64,000 bases of DNA from an uncultured delta proteobacterium (GTDB taxonomy: Bacteria > Desulfobacterota > Binatia > UBA9968): the NCBI GenBank assembly GCA_963745035.1, contig CAVUVW010000013.1:224001-288000 (forward strand). Reading direction: 5' to 3'. The notes beneath the pieces are model-generated. The model did no database searches. It was not told where the DNA came from and saw only the letters and a list, made by a program, of their open reading frames with translations. Positions 10,521 to 22,726 of this stretch are shown piece by piece. Numbering within the stretch: position 1 is the stretch's first letter; the number at the start of each line of letters is the position of its first letter. A program made the translations under genes and the position numbers.

Positions 10521-10678
10521 CGCGCGCCCGAGTCTAATTGCAAGTTGCAGATCGCAAAAAGCCAAGGGCCGCGACGAACCTGAGCTGTCCGTAGCCACTT
10601 GCATCCAAAGTCGTATTGATCTGGGGGGCTTGTTTCGGATAGCGTTCCGCCAAATTTACCCGGTAAGGAGGCAACCGT

Positions 10679-11596
10679 ATGGAAAGAAAAAAGGCGAGTG
10701 ATTTCGATCCGCAGCTACTCGGGCTTTTTCACAGATATATCCACGGCGGAATTAGCCGCCGCGAGTTCCTCGATGGCGCGGCCAAATTTGCGGTTGGCGG
10801 CATGACCGCGACGGCCCTCTGGGACATGCTCCGGCCCAACTATGCCCTCGCCCAGCAAGTGCCAAAGGACGACAAGCGCATCAGAGCCGAGTACGCGATG
10901 TATCCCTCGCCCAAGGGAAACTCGACCGACGGACAGATGCGAGGATTGTTGGCGCGTCCAACGAGCGGCGATAAGTTTCCGGTGGTGGTCGTGATTCACG
11001 AAAACCGCGGCCTCAATCCTTACATCGAAGATGTCGTACGGCGCTTGGCGGTTGTCGGCTTCATGGCTTTCGGACCGGACGCGATCTGGCCGCTCGGCGG
11101 ATATCCGAGCGTCGATAAGTACGGCGCCGAGGCCGATGAGAAAGCGCTCGCCATGCAGAAGCAACTCGACGACGGGAAATTGGTCGAAGACTTCGTCGCC
11201 GCAGGCGAGTTTATGCTCAAGCATCCACAGTCCACCGGCAAGCTCGGTGCCGTGGGCTTCTGCGGCGGCGGTGCTAGGGTCAACATACTGGCGGCTCGGA
11301 TTCCACAGCTTGCTGCCGGGGCTCCCTTCTATGGACGCGCGCCAGCGATTGAGGACGTACCGAAGATCAAGGCTTCTCTGATGCTTCACTTTGCCGAGCA
11401 AGATCCCAATGTCAATGCTACTTGGCCAGCCTACGAAGCAGCCCTCAAGGCGAACGGCATCAAACACGAGGCGCATGTCTATCCGAAAACCAACCACGGT
11501 TTTCACAATGACACGACGCCGCGTTACGACGAAGCTGCCGCCAAACTCGCCTGGCAGCGCACCGTCGATCATTTCAACAAGACGCTGAAGTCCTAA
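10679..11596 (+). CDS. Dienelactone hydrolase family protein (YghX-like, Tat-like RREFL)
   Basis: HENRGLNP, GFCGGG nucleophile, HGFHND. Confidence 0.92.
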   Translation: MERKKASDFDPQLLGLFHRYIHGGISRREFLDGAAKFAVGGMTATALWDMLRPNYALAQQVPKDDKRIRAEYAMYPSPKGNSTDGQMRGLLARPTSGDKFPVVVVIHENRGLNPYIEDVVRRLAVVGFMAFGPDAIWPLGGYPSVDKYGAEADEKALAMQKQLDDGKLVEDFVAAGEFMLKHPQSTGKLGAVGFCGGGARVNILAARIPQLAAGAPFYGRAPAIEDVPKIKASLMLHFAEQDPNVNATWPAYEAALKANGIKHEAHVYPKTNHGFHNDTTPRYDEAAAKLAWQRTVDHFNKTLKS

Positions 11597-11617
11597 GATC
11601 TGCTACGCAATCGAATC

Positions 11618-11657
11618 AAAGGACTCGATGGCCTTGTTGCCATCGGGTCCTTTTTTT
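11618..11657 (+). terminator. Rho-independent terminator
   Basis: GGACTCGATGGC-cttgtt-GCCATCGGGTCC followed by T7. Confidence 0.88.
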
Positions 11658-11779
11658 ACATCGTAAGAATTCCGCTTGCGCCGGAACATTTCTTTGTAGG
11701 TTCGTGGCGTGTTACTCATTCCGAGCGGCGGGGCTCGGGGCCGGCGGAATTCACCAAGTCCCAGCGAACACTGCCAGGC

Positions 11780-11824
11780 TGTCAATCCGGTTATATTGAC
11801 ACTGATATTCCGATTCGGTAGCGT
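11780..11824 (+). promoter_or_regulatory. Sigma70 promoter TTGACA-N17-TAGCGT with overlapping inverted repeat TGTCAAT-N8-ATTGACA
   Basis: -35 at 11796-11801, -10 at 11819-11824, inverted repeat 11780-11801. Confidence 0.6.
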
Positions 11825-11876
11825 CACGTCACAATAAATCCTGGCCGCCGCCTGCGGCGGCGGATTTGGGGGAGCC

Positions 11877-12731
11877 TTGGAAGATCTCAAGCCGGTCAAG
11901 AGCGGAAAAGTCAAAGTCGACGACGTGAATTTGTACTACGAGGTTTACGGCGCGGGCGATCCGCTCGTGCTGGTCGCCGGCACGGGCATCAGCCTCGCTC
12001 CCTGGCGCGTCTCGCAGGTGCCGGAGTTCGCCAAGCATTATCAGGTCGTGATCTACGATCATCGCGGCCTTGGGCGGAGCGATAAGCCGGATATGCACTA
12101 CACGACCCGGCTGTTCGCCAAGGACTGCGTCGGTTTGATGGCTGCGCTCGGCATCCAAAAGGCCCACATGATGGGCCATTCGATGGGGGCGCGCGTGTGC
12201 CAGTGGATCGCCCTCGATTATCCCGAAAAGGTGCGCAGCCTGGTGCTGTCGGGCCCCGGCTCGGGGAAGTATAGCGACAAGCTCGAAGACTATCCGCGCG
12301 GCGTGCCCCTGGACGCGGCGTTGGAAATGATCGAGAAGGGCTACGAAAAATATCAGAGCGACCACTGGGGGCCGGGCTTCATGTTCAGCGACCAGTTCAT
12401 GAAAGAGCACCCCGATATCGTCAAAAAATATCAGGAGCTGATCGTCGACGAAGTGCCGCCGTTAAAATGCTATCTGCGCCACGTGGTCGCGCGGCAATGC
12501 CATGAGACCACCCATCTGATCCACAATATCAAAGCGCCGACGCTGGTGATCGTCGGCAGCCAGGACATCCATGAGGGCGGCACGGGCAGCCACGTGGAAT
12601 CCGCCAGGGTGCTCGCGGAAAAAATCCCCGGAGCGGAGCTGTTCCTGGTCGAGGGCGGCAGGCACGGCTATCTGCGCGAGATGCCGGAAAAGGGCCATCC
12701 GCCGATCTTGGAATTCTTGCGGCGCCACTAG
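11877..12731 (+). CDS. Alpha/beta fold hydrolase
   Basis: YDHRGLGRS, GHSMG nucleophile elbow, GSQD, GRH; TTG start after GGGGAG. Confidence 0.9.
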   Translation: MEDLKPVKSGKVKVDDVNLYYEVYGAGDPLVLVAGTGISLAPWRVSQVPEFAKHYQVVIYDHRGLGRSDKPDMHYTTRLFAKDCVGLMAALGIQKAHMMGHSMGARVCQWIALDYPEKVRSLVLSGPGSGKYSDKLEDYPRGVPLDAALEMIEKGYEKYQSDHWGPGFMFSDQFMKEHPDIVKKYQELIVDEVPPLKCYLRHVVARQCHETTHLIHNIKAPTLVIVGSQDIHEGGTGSHVESARVLAEKIPGAELFLVEGGRHGYLREMPEKGHPPILEFLRRH

Positions 12732-12748
12732 TCAAGGGGAAAAAAAGC

Positions 12749-14280
12749 GTGTTCCGCAAACATGATTTTTCTATCACGCGGAGAAGCTTTCTGCGGTGGC
12801 ATTGTTAGCCGCCGGCGCCTGCGCGGCTGGCAGTCGATTCGCCTGGGCGGCCGCGGCGCCGGAGCGTTTAGTTGTCGCCATGAGCGTCGGCGTCGACAGC
12901 ATCAATCCCTACGGCCACAGCGACTCGCCGCTCTACGGCCTCTGGGGCCACGTGATGGAGACCTTGGTCGATACCGATTACGAGCGCAGGAATTTCTCCT
13001 CGGAGCTCGCGGAGTCGTGGAGTCCCAAGGGCAATCAGTGGACGTTCAAATTGCGCAAGAACGTCTCCTTTCATGACGGCACGCCGTTCACCGGAAAAGA
13101 CGTCGCCTATTCCTACGAGCGGATCATGAAGGACAAGGGCAGCGTTTTACAGGCGCCCAATCTAAGCGACATCAAGGACATCAAGGTGCCCGACGATCAG
13201 ACGCTCGTGATCGTCACGGACCGGCCGAAGGTCGCGCTCCTCGGACTGCTTTACAACCGGGTTGTCTTGAGCCACAAGGCGGCCGAGCGCCTCGGTGAAA
13301 AGATGGACGAGCAAGCCATCGGCACCGGGCCCTATCGCTTCGTGAGCTGGCAGCGCGGCGTTAATTTCACCATGCGCCGCAACGACAAATATTGGGGCAA
13401 AGCTCCAAGCATTCGCGAAATTGTTTGGCGCCCGATCAAGGAAGACGCGGCGCGTGTCGCGGCGATCGAATCGGGACAAGCCGACGTGATCAATCAGGTG
13501 CCGATTCACGACGTCGATCGCCTCAAGCGCAACTCGCGCGTTCGAGTCGAGATGGTGCGCGGATTGAGAAACCTTTATATCGGGCTCAACCCGGCGCATA
13601 AGCCCTTCGACAACAAACTGGTCCGCCAAGCCTTTAACTACGCCGTCGATCAGGAAGCGATCATCAAGCACGTGCATGAGGACCAGGTCTATGGGCTCAA
13701 AGGGCTGCTCGGGCCGCAGTGCTTGGGCTACGACGCGGATCTGGCGAATTATCCCTACGATCCGGAGAAAGCCAAGCAATTGTTGGCGGAGGCCGGCTAT
13801 GCCGAAGGCGTGAGCGTCGATTTCTACACGCACTCGGGGCGCTATCAAAAAGATAGAGAAACCGCCCAGGCGATCACGAACCAGATGGCCAAGGCCGGCA
13901 TCAAGTGCAACATCAAGACACCGGAATACGCCATCTATGAAACCGATTTCAACGCCGGCAAGTACGGCATGTACATGTTCGGGCGCGGCTCGATCACCGA
14001 TCCGGAAGCGTTTTACATCCGTTATTTTCGCTCGGGCCGCGGGAAGCGATTGGCCTATCGCAATCCCGATTTCGACCGGCTCTTCGATCAGCAGAGCGAG
14101 ACCTTCGACAGCGCCAAGCGCGAAGAGCTGCTGCGCCAAATGGGCCGCATCCTGCACGAGGATTGTCCGGTCATTCCACTCTACAACACCGCCGACATTT
14201 ACGCCGTGCGCAAGGATCTTGTCTGGAAGCCGCGGCCGGACGAAAAGATTCCCCTGGTGAACGCCCGGTTCCAAAGCTAA
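12749..14280 (+). CDS. ABC peptide/nickel substrate-binding protein, family 5, Tat signal (frameshift ~12795)
   Basis: GTG 12749 gives MFRKHDFSITRRSFLR, then joins ORF 12796-14280 (LAESW, FKLRKNVSFHDG, GTGPY). Confidence 0.88.
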
Positions 14281-14294
14281 GCGACGGGAAAAAC

Positions 14295-15582
14295 GTGGAC
14301 AAAAAAGAAATCATCGAAAAGCAGCAGAAATATCTCTTCTCGTGCGTGGCGACCTACTACGACGAGCCGCTGGTCGTCGATCACGCCAAGGATCAATACG
14401 TCTACGACGCCGACGGCAACGAGTATCTGGACTTCTTCGGCGGCATTCTCACGGTCAGCGTCGGCCACTGCAACGACAAAGTCACTCGAGCGATCGACGA
14501 GCAAACCCACAAAGTGCAGCACATGTCGACGCTCTACGCCAACGAGCCGCAGGTGCGGCTGGCGGAGAAGCTTGCGCAAATCACGCCGGGACGGCTGGAG
14601 AAATCCTTCTTCACCAACAGCGGCACCGAGGCCAACGAAACCGCGGTGTTGCTGGCGCAGATCTACACCAAGTGCCAGGACATTATCACCTTGCGCCACA
14701 GCTACAGCGGGCGCTCGTATCTCGCGCTGAGTCTGTCGGCGCAGTCGAGCTGGCGTCTGATGCCCAACGTGGTGCCGGGCGTGCACCATATCGCCAACGC
14801 GTACTGCTACCGCTGTCCGTTCGGTCTCACCTATCCGAGCTGCGACTTGAAATGCGCCAAGGACGCCGAAGAGGCGATTCAAACGATGACTTCGCAGGGG
14901 CGGGTGGCGGCGTTTCTCGCCGAGCCGATTCAAGGCGTCGGCGGCTTCATCGTGCCGCCCAAAGAATATTTTCAGGAGATCGTCGGCATCATTCGCAAAT
15001 ACGGCGGCTTGTTCATCGCCGACGAGGTGCAGACCGGCTGGGGACGCACCGGCGGCAAGATGTTCGGCATCGAGCACTGGGGCGTCGATCCCGACATCAT
15101 GACCTTCGCCAAGGGCATGGCCAACGGCGTGCCCATCGGCGCAACCATCGCCGTTCCGGAGGTCGCCGACAGCATGAAGGGCAACACAATCTCCACCTTC
15201 GGCGGCAATCCGGTTACCTGCACCGCGGCGCGCGCGACTATCGAAGTGGTCGAAGAGGAAAATTTGGTCGACAACGCCCGCATCATGGGCAACCGGCTTG
15301 CGCGACGGCCTCAACGCGCTGCAGCAGAAGTATCCGGTCATCGGCGACGTGCGCGGCATGGGGCTCATGCAGGGCATGGAGCTGGTCGGCGAAAAGAAAA
15401 AGCCCGACGTCGAGAGCACCAAGCGCGTGATGGAACTGACCAGGCGCGATGGCCTGCTGCTCGGCAAGGGCGGCACCTACGGCAACGTCCTGCGTGTCGC
15501 GCCGCCGCTCAACGTCAACAAAGATCAGATCGATCACGCGCTGAAAGTTTTGGACCGATCGTTCGGCCAATTGGGGCAGTGA
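14295..15582 (+). CDS. Class III PLP aminotransferase (AGXT2/beta-alanine type; frameshift ~15298)
   Basis: YLDFFGGI, FTNSGTEAN, AEPIQG, DEVQTGWGRTG, FAKG; continues in 15298-15582 (DVRGMGLM, LRVAPPL). Confidence 0.92.
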
Positions 15583-15650
15583 AATTTCTTCCAGGCGCGG
15601 TTGCAAAGCCCAATGACAGTGTTTTCTCTACTTGGTAATTTCCAGTTCGC

Positions 15651-16652
15651 ATGAACAGGCTCGTGCGCAGGATCGTTGGGGCGGTCCCGGTACTCCTGGG
15701 GATCTCCTTTTTAATTTTTCTCCTGATGCACATCGCGCCGGGAGATCCGGTGTCGCTGCTCTTGGGCGATGACGCGACTCCGGCCGATATCGAGCGCACG
15801 CGGCGCGAGTGGGGATTGGACCGGCCGCTCATGGTGCAGTACTGGGATTTTCTCACCCGTGCGCTCACCGGGGACTTCGGCCGGTCGCTCAAATTCAACG
15901 AGCCGGTCATAAAGCTGATCGCCGAGCGCTTGCCCGCGACCCTCGAGCTCGCCTTTGCCAGTTTGTGCGTTGCGATTCTGATTTCGGTGCCGCTGGGCGT
16001 CTATTCCGCGATCAAGCACAATTCGCTGCTCGATCACGCCGGCATGAGCGTGGCGCTGATCGGCGTGTCGCTGCCGAATTTCTGGCTCGGCATCATGTTG
16101 ATTTACTTTCTCGGCGGGCAGCTCAATTTGCTTGCCGGTCGCCGGGCGCATCGAGTACGGCGTCGAAATCAAGCCGATCACCGGGCTTTATCTGATCGAC
16201 AGCCTGGTGACCGGGAAATTTGACCGCTTTCTGGAGCGCGCATGCAGCATCTGCTGATGCCGGCGGTCACTCTTGGGTCAGCGCTGGCGGCGATCGTGAC
16301 CCGCATCTCGCGGTCGAGCGTGCTGGAAGTGATGCGCCAGGATTATGTGATCACGGCGCGCGCCAAGGGCTTGAGCGAAAAGAACGTGATCTGGCGCCAC
16401 ATTCTGCGCAATGCCCTGATCACCATCGTCACCATACTCGGCCTGCAACTCGGCGCGCTACTCAGCGGCTCGGTGATCACCGAAACGGTTTTCTCCTATC
16501 CCGGCATCGGCGATCTGTTGATCCAGTCGATTTCGGCGCGCGATTACAAGCTCACCCAAGTGCTGATCTTGATGTTCGCGATCACGTATTTCGTCGTGAA
16601 CCTGGCGGTCGACGTGCTCTATAGCTGGATCGACCCGAGGATCAAATTCTGA
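15651..16652 (+). CDS. Dipeptide/oligopeptide ABC permease, DppB-like (three +1 frameshifts ~16133, 16216, 16241)
   Basis: PGDP, GDFGRS, RLPATLEL, TARAKGL, ETVFSYPGIG. Confidence 0.9.
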
Positions 16653-17491
16653 TGCTCTCGATGCGCTACCTCAAAATCTGGGTCGGCGGCGCGATTCTGC
16701 TGGCGCTTTTTATCTGCGGAGTGGCCGCGCCGCTGCTGGCGCCGCGCGATCCCCAGGCGCAGACTTTGGAGGACCGGCTGCGGCCGCCGCGCTGGGCGGA
16801 AAACGGTTCGCCGGCATACTTTCTCGGCACCGACAATCTCGGTCGCGACATGCTCAGCAGGATCATCTACGGCTCGCGCATCTCGCTCATGGTCGGCGCC
16901 GCCACGGTTATCTTCGCAGGGCTGGTCGGCTGCACCCTCGGCGCCGTGGCCGGCTATTTTGGCCGCACGCCCGATGAGATCGTCAGCAAGGTCTCGGAGA
17001 TCTTTCTCGCGTTTCCGTTTTTGTTGATCGCGATCGCGATCATGGCATTTCTCGGGCAAGGGGTCGGCAATTTGATCATGGCCCTGATGCTCAGCCGCTG
17101 GGTGCAATACTGCCGGGTGGTGCGCGGCGAAGTGTTGTCGATCAAGGAACGCGATTTCGTGACCGCCGCCAAGGCGTTGGGCGGTCAGGATTGGTATGTG
17201 CTTTTCCGCCATGTGGTGCCCAACACCTTCGCCAGCGTCACGGTCATCGCGACTTTCGGCATGGCGATCGTGATCATCACGGAAGCGAGCTTGAGCTTTC
17301 TCGGATTGGGCGTGCCGGTGCACATTCCCACTTGGGGCTCGATGTTGAGCGAAGGCAGGAGCTATATCAACCGCGCGCCCTGGCTCACGATCTTTCCCGG
17401 CCTGGCGATTTTCGTCACGGTGTTCGGCATCAACTTGCTGGGGGACGGCTTGAGAGACATCTTCGATCCAAAACTGCGGCGTCAGAGATGA
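16652..17491 (+). CDS. Dipeptide/oligopeptide ABC permease, DppC-like
   Basis: LGTDNLGRD, EASLSFLGLG, WGSML, GDGLRD. Confidence 0.93.
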   Translation: MLSMRYLKIWVGGAILLALFICGVAAPLLAPRDPQAQTLEDRLRPPRWAENGSPAYFLGTDNLGRDMLSRIIYGSRISLMVGAATVIFAGLVGCTLGAVAGYFGRTPDEIVSKVSEIFLAFPFLLIAIAIMAFLGQGVGNLIMALMLSRWVQYCRVVRGEVLSIKERDFVTAAKALGGQDWYVLFRHVVPNTFASVTVIATFGMAIVIITEASLSFLGLGVPVHIPTWGSMLSEGRSYINRAPWLTIFPGLAIFVTVFGINLLGDGLRDIFDPKLRRQR

Positions 17492-17528
17492 AGACGGAGA
17501 AACAGCAAACTTTTAACGGGAGAACTTT

Positions 17529-19068
17529 ATGGCAAAAACCAAGATCGACGTAACCCGGCGCAATTTTCTGAAGAAGAGCCTGATGCTCGGGACGGGCGCT
17601 TTCGTCGCGCCCTATTTTAGCCGCGAGAGCTTCGCCGCTTCGCGCGACCGGGTGACGATTTTTCACAGCAGCGTCGCCGACTCGATTCATCCCTACAATC
17701 ACAGCTCCAGCCCGATCTACGGCAACTGGCAGCACGTGATGGAGCCGCTGATCGAGCTCGATTACGACAAAAAGGACTATGTCGGCGTGCTCGCCGAGTC
17801 GTGGCAATTTCAAGGCAACCGGTGGACGTTCAAACTGAGAAAGGGCGTCAAGTTTCATAACGGCGCGCCGCTGACGTCGCAAGGACGTGGCGTTCTCGAT
17901 TGAAAAAATGCGCGATGAAAAGGGCGGCAGCCTGCAAGCGCCCAACTTCAAGGACGTAACGGAAGTCCAGACGCCGGACGACCAGACGGTGATTATCGTG
18001 ACCAAGCAGCCGCTGGCGATCTTTCTCGACCGGCTGGAGAACCGGTTCATTCTCAGCAAAGTCGCCGGCGACAAGTTCGGCGATAAGCTCTACGAAAATG
18101 CGATCGGCACCGGCCCCTACAAATTCGTCAGTTATCAGCGCGGCGGCAACATGGTCTTTACCCGCAACGACGATTATTGGGGCGGCAAGGCGGCGATCAA
18201 AGAAGTGGTCTTCAAAAAAGTGACCGAGGACGCGGCGCGCCTGGCGGCGTTGGAGTCCGGCCAAGCCGATTTCGTCAACAACATCCCGGTGCATGAAGTG
18301 GCGCGGCTGCAAAAGCACCCGCGGGTGCGGATCGATCAGGTCGAAGGCCTGCGCATGTTCTTTCTAGCGTTCAACATGGCGCATAAGCCCTGGGACAATA
18401 AGCTCGTGCGCCAGGCGGCCAACTATTCCATCGACGCGCCGTCCATCGTGAAAAATATTTTCGACGGCATCGGCTATCCGTGCAACGGCCCGGTGGGCGC
18501 CAACGTCATCGGCGCCGATCCCAAGTTGAAGCGCTACCCGTACGATCCGAAGAAGGCCAGGGAGCTGCTGGCGCAGGCCGGCTTTCCCGACGGCTGCGAC
18601 ATCCAACTGTATTACTCCGCCGGGCGCTATCCAAAGGACAGAGAAGTGTGCCAGGTGGTCGCGGCGCAAATGGTCAAGGGCGGTTTCCGCGTCGAGTTGA
18701 TTTCTCAGGAATGGGCGCTGTTCTGGGACAAGCAGGGGGTCAACGGCGGCCGGCTGCCTTTTTATTACATCGGCCGCGGCACGCTCACCGACGCCGATAC
18801 GCTCTATGATCAGTATTTTCGCACCGGCACGACGAAACGGACCAATTACAGCAATCCGGACCTCGACAAGCTGGTCGAGGAACAGCAGAAGACCGCGGAC
18901 CAAAAAAAGCGCGTCGCCATTCTGCACCGGGCGGGCAAGATGATCATGGACGAAGCCCTCTTCGTGCCGCTTTATAATCTCGCCGATATCTACGGCGTGG
19001 CGCGAAACGTCGTCTGGAAAAAGCGCCCGGACGAAAAAATTCTCGGTTGGGACATGAAGATCAAATAG
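17529..19068 (+). CDS. Family-5 ABC substrate-binding protein, Tat signal (frameshift ~17880)
   Basis: TRRNFLK; LAESW, FHNG, GTGPYKF across two ORFs. Confidence 0.9.
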
Positions 19069-19153
19069 AGGCGCGCCGAGACGCTGAAATAGATTCCGGA
19101 TAGCTTTTGCTCAGTTTCCCGGAAGTTGCCGATTCTCGACGAGGAGGGCGTCG

Positions 19154-20686
19154 ATGGGTGTGGATGAGCGTGGGATCAAACGCAGAACGTTTTTGCAGCG
19201 CGGCGCGCTCGCCGGTCTCGGCGCGCTTACGAGCGCCGCGTGGCCGCGCCTTGCCTGGGCCGCATCCAAGGACCGGCTGATGATTCTCAGCAGCATCGGC
19301 CTGGACGCTCTTCATCCCTACGCTCACAGCTCCGGACCTCAGTACGGCATCTGGCAGCACATGATCGAGCCGCTGGTCGAGGTCAACTACGCGCGCAAGG
19401 ATTATTACGGCGTGCTCGCCGAGTCGTGGAAGTTCCAAGGAAACGCATGGACGTTTCGCCTCAGAAAAGGGATTCGGTTTCACAACGGCGCGCCGTTCAC
19501 CGCCCATGACGTGATTCACTCGGTGAATCGCATGCGCAATGACAAGCGCAGTTTGCAGAAGTCCAACTTCGACGATCTGACCGAGGTCCAAGCGCTTGAC
19601 GATTATACCGTGGTTTTCACCACCGCGGCGCCCAATGCGGTGCTGCTGGATCGTCTACAAAACCGCTTTATCGTCAGCAAGAGCGCCGCGGAAAAATACG
19701 GCGACGACGCCGATCAATACGCCGTCGGCACCGGGCCCTACAAATTCGTGAGCTGGCAGCGCGACGGCAATCTGGTGATGACGCGCAACGACGATTACTG
19801 GGGGCCGAAGGCGGCGATCAAAGAGATTGTTCTCAAGAAAGTCGGCGAAGACGCGGCGCGGATGTCCGGCCTGCTGGCCGGCCAGGGCGACGTGATCAAC
19901 AATGTTCCGGTGGAGGAGATCGCGCGGCTGGAAAAACACCCGCGGGTGCGCGCGGAAAAGGTCGAGGGGCTGCGCATGTATTTCCTGGCGATGAACGTGA
20001 CCCACAAACCGTTCGACAACAAGCTGGTGCGCCAGGCGTTCAACTATGCGGTCGATCCGACCGCGGTGATCCGACATATCTACGAAGGCAACGGCTACGT
20101 GATGAACGGACCGCTCGGCAGCAACGTGATCGGCTACGATGCCAAGATCAAGCGCTATCCGCTCGATCCGAAAAAGGCCAGGGAGCTTTTGGCCCAGGCC
20201 GGCTTCGCCAACGGCCTGGAGGTCAAGCTGCACTTCTCGCCGGACCGCTACCCCAAAGCGCGCGAGGTCTGCCAGGTGGTCGCCGATCAACTGGCCAAGG
20301 CGGGCATCAAAGTCGAGCTGGTGTCGCAGGAATTTGCCATCTTCTGGGGTTCGGATGGCGTCAACGGCGGCAAAATTCCCTTCTATTATGTCGGCCGGCC
20401 GGCGATCGACGCCGACACGGTTTATGATCAATACTACCGCTCCGGCAGAACCAAGCGGGTAAGCTTTCAAAACGCCGAAGTCGACCGGCTGATCGACGAG
20501 CAGCGCAGGACCGGCGATCAAAAGAAGCGCGTCGCGCTGTTGCAGCAGGTGGGCCGCATCCTGATGGAAGAGGCGGCCCTGGTGCCGCTGTACACCTTGG
20601 CGGAAATCTACGGTGTGGCGCGCAACGTGGTCTGGAAAGCCCACCCGGAGGAAAAGGTGCTCGCGTCGGAGATGAAAATCCGCTAG
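19154..20686 (+). CDS. Family-5 ABC substrate-binding protein, Tat signal
   Basis: KRRTFLQ; clear paralog of neighbouring SBPs. Confidence 0.92.
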   Translation: MGVDERGIKRRTFLQRGALAGLGALTSAAWPRLAWAASKDRLMILSSIGLDALHPYAHSSGPQYGIWQHMIEPLVEVNYARKDYYGVLAESWKFQGNAWTFRLRKGIRFHNGAPFTAHDVIHSVNRMRNDKRSLQKSNFDDLTEVQALDDYTVVFTTAAPNAVLLDRLQNRFIVSKSAAEKYGDDADQYAVGTGPYKFVSWQRDGNLVMTRNDDYWGPKAAIKEIVLKKVGEDAARMSGLLAGQGDVINNVPVEEIARLEKHPRVRAEKVEGLRMYFLAMNVTHKPFDNKLVRQAFNYAVDPTAVIRHIYEGNGYVMNGPLGSNVIGYDAKIKRYPLDPKKARELLAQAGFANGLEVKLHFSPDRYPKAREVCQVVADQLAKAGIKVELVSQEFAIFWGSDGVNGGKIPFYYVGRPAIDADTVYDQYYRSGRTKRVSFQNAEVDRLIDEQRRTGDQKKRVALLQQVGRILMEEAALVPLYTLAEIYGVARNVVWKAHPEEKVLASEMKIR

Positions 20687-20895
20687 CAAGGATTGTTCGT
20701 GGAAAAATTGCGCTCGAGGTGCAATCCTTCCGGAGCAAAGGCAATGCGCGCGTGCCTGGGAGAGCCAAGTGGACTGTTCCAGGGGCGCCCCTCGAGCGAC
20801 AATGTCATGGGTCTTATCTCGCCGCACGGATACTCCATGCTAGAAGGACGCGGAACGCGATTTGAAAGTTCACGGCTGACGATCTGGAGGATGAA

Positions 20896-22432
20896 ATGAG
20901 TTCACGGAAACGCGGCATCAAGCGCAGGGATTTTCTCAAACGGAGGCGCGCTCGCGGGCTTGGGCGCGCTGCTCGGCAATTCGCTCGTGCGCGCGAGCTA
21001 CGCGGCGTCGCGCGAACGGCTGACGATTCTCAGCAGCATCAGCCTCGATACGCTCCATCCCTACGCGCACAGCTCGAGCCCGCACTACGGCATCTGGCAT
21101 AACATGATCGAACCGCTGGTGGAGGTGAATTACGCGAAGCGGGAATATTTCGGCGTGCTCGCCGAGTCGTGGCAGTTTCAGGGCAAGCGCTGGGTGTTCA
21201 AGCTGCGCAAGAATGTTCGTTTTCACGACGGCAGCCCGTTCACGGCGCAGGACGTGATCTACTCCATCAACCGGATGAAGAACGACAAGCCGAGTCTGCA
21301 AAAAGAAAATTTTCGCGACTTGACGGAAATGCAGGCGCTCGATGAACACACCGTCGCGTTCACCACCGAGGTGCCCAACGCCGTGTTTCTCGACCGATTG
21401 CACAACCGCTTCATGCTCAGCAAGAGCGCCATGGAAGCCCAGGGCGGCGATGCCGGCGAGCAAAAACCGGTGGGCACCGGCGCCTATCGCTTCGTGAGCT
21501 GGCAGCGCGACGGCAATCTGGTGCTCACCCGCCACGACCATTACTGGCGCGACAAAACGGCGGTCAAGGAGATCGTCATCCGGCGCGTCAAAGAAGACGC
21601 CGGGCGTGTCGCCGGCCTGCTCGCCGGGCAGGGCGATGTCACCAACAACGTGCCGGTGGAGGAGATCTCGCGCTTCGACAAGCACCCGCGCGTGCGCGCC
21701 GAAAAGGTCGAAGGCGTGCGCATGTATTTTTTGGCGATGAACGTGACCCACAAGCCGTTCGACAACAAGATGGTCCGGCAAGCGCTGAGCTACGCCGTCG
21801 ATCCGGCGGTGATCATCAAGCACATTTACGAGGGCAACGGCTACATCATGAACGGGCCCTTGGGATCGAACGTGATCGGCTTCGATCCCAAAATGAAACG
21901 CTATCCTTACGATCCCAAAAAGGCCAAGGAGCTGCTCGATAAGGCGGGCTTCGCCGGCGGACTCGACATCAAGCTCTATTTCTCTCCCGACCGCTATCCC
22001 AAAGCGAAGGAAGTATGCCAGGTGATCGCCGACCAACTGGCGAAAGCCGGCGTGAGGACCGAGCTGGTGTCTCAGGAGTTCGTAATTTTTTGGGGCAAGG
22101 AAGGAGTCAACGGCGGCAAGCTGGGTTTTTACTACGTCGGCAGGCCCGCCGCCGACGCGGACACCGTTTACGATCAATACTTCCGCTCGGGCGTCAGCCC
22201 GCGCATACAGTACAAAAATCCTGAATTCGACAAGCTCATCGATGAGGAGCAAAAAACCGGCGATCCAAAGAAACGCGTGGCGATCCTGCAACAGGCGGGA
22301 CGCATTCTCATGGAAGATGCGCCGTTCATTCCGCTTTACACGCTGGCGGAAATCTACGGCGTAGCGCGCAACGTCGTCTGGACGCCGCGGCCTGATGAAA
22401 AAATCATCGCCGCGGAAATGAAGATTCGTTGA
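20896..22432 (+). CDS. Family-5 ABC substrate-binding protein, Tat signal (frameshift ~20945)
   Basis: RBS GGAGG, MSSRKRGIKRRDFLK, then ORF 20960-22432. Confidence 0.9.
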
Positions 22433-22587
22433 GTCCCACCAAGGTGTGACTTCCGCCGCGCGGAATTTGCGTCCAATTGCCGCAGCGCAATCCTTCGGTT
22501 GTAAAGACAGCGCTCTCCCGACGCTGAGCGGATCGCGATCGCCAGTCGCACACGGTGAGTAGATCAATCCAAGGCAGATCCTTCACT

Positions 22588-22610
22588 CGTAGACTATGGA
22601 ATACTCTACG
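22588..22610. promoter_or_regulatory. Imperfect palindrome CGTAGACTAT-GGA-ATACTCTACG (possible enhancer/operator)
   Basis: 10-bp arms with one mismatch, in a long intergenic region upstream of a sigma54 motif. Confidence 0.4.
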
Positions 22611-22726
22611 GAGCTCTTCGACTTGGCTCAGGGCGACCGGTCAAGTGCTTCGTTCTCAAGAAAGTGACTCGTTCGTGCGGCATCGGGGGTTCAAACAGCC
22701 GCGGCGGGCGCTGACGAGTTTGTTTT

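Noticed and set aside
20687-20895. Possible riboswitch or ncRNA in long intergenic regions (also 54813-55198, 59528-59938)
   Set aside because: Only short hairpins and no conserved motif I can recognise; an Rfam/Infernal scan would be needed.
17529-22432. Repeated DNA segments as a repeat array or CRISPR
   Set aside because: The similarity comes from paralogous SBP coding sequences; there is no repeat-spacer structure and no cas genes.
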